From Escherichia coli (lineage in GTDB: Bacteria; Pseudomonadota; Gammaproteobacteria; Enterobacterales; Enterobacteriaceae), in NCBI RefSeq assembly GCF_044324875.1, contig NZ_CP172185.1: a stretch of DNA of 64,000 nucleotides; one strand, 5' to 3'. The notes below the pieces were generated by a model, which saw only the letters and a program-made list of their open reading frames with translations, ran no database searches and was not told the DNA's origin. Positions 63,702 through 64,000 of the stretch are shown one piece after another. Position 1 is the first letter of the stretch. The number at the start of each line of letters is the position of its first letter. The position numbers and the translations under genes were made by a program.

Positions 63702-64000
63702 TTACTTATCGATTTTGCTGATCAGATCCATCATTTTCAGTTTCGGATCGGTGGAAACCTTACGGACTTCCAGCTCAATACCGCGCGCATTCAGTTTCTT
63801 GAACGCCTCGATATCTTTTTCATCAACCGAAACCGCGTTATTCACCTGGGTTTTACCCTGACGGAATGCCATACCACCGACGTTAACAGAGGTGATTTTC
63901 ACGCCGCCTTCAACGAGACGCTCTACATCTGTTGGATTGGTAAATAACAGCATTACGCGTTCGCCAGCATATTTCGGGTTGTTGTAGACGCGAATCATTT
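63702..64000 (-). CDS. manX: Mannose PTS EIIAB component ManX, C-terminal part (5' end outside the window)
   Basis: ORF 63702..63998 translation ends ...RVYNNPKYAGERVMLLFTNPTDVERLVEGGVKITSVNVGGMAFRQGK... (IIB domain); runs off the window end. Confidence 0.9.
   Translation of the reverse strand, partial: MIRVYNNPKYAGERVMLLFTNPTDVERLVEGGVKITSVNVGGMAFRQGKTQVNNAVSVDEKDIEAFKKLNARGIELEVRKVSTDPKLKMMDLISKIDK

Overview
This window reads as a core Escherichia coli (or Shigella) chromosomal segment, syntenic with the K-12 flhA to manX region but in inverted orientation. Gene identities were recognised from memory of K-12 proteins applied to the supplied ORF translations; no database search was run. Gene order is flhA(partial)-flhE / argS / yecM-cutC / torYZ / cmoBA-yecN-yecE-yecD / aspS-nudB-yebC-ruvC / yebB / ruvAB / znuCB-znuA-mepM-lpxM / pykA-hexR / zwf-edd-eda / purT / yebGFE / ptrB / exoX-yobB-holE / yobA-yebZ-yebY / SdsR-RyeA / pphA / yebWV-rsmF-letBA / msrC-proQ-prc-htpX / yebQ / kdgR / yobH / mgrB / yebO / yobF-cspC / rlmA / mntP / yobD / manZYX(partial). 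The only accessory content I can support is three insertion sequences that I do not recall at these loci in K-12: an IS1 with a 9-bp target duplication upstream of torYZ, an IS200/IS605-family element with divergent tnpA and an apparently intact tnpB between yebE and ptrB, and an IS200 between htpX and yebQ. I also do not see yecT between flhE and argS. I found no CRISPR array, prophage or recognisable defence island, and no convincing evidence of a previously undescribed system; the TnpB element is the most interesting candidate. Several start codons were moved inward from the ORF-track maxima to match remembered protein lengths, and element boundaries are approximate.
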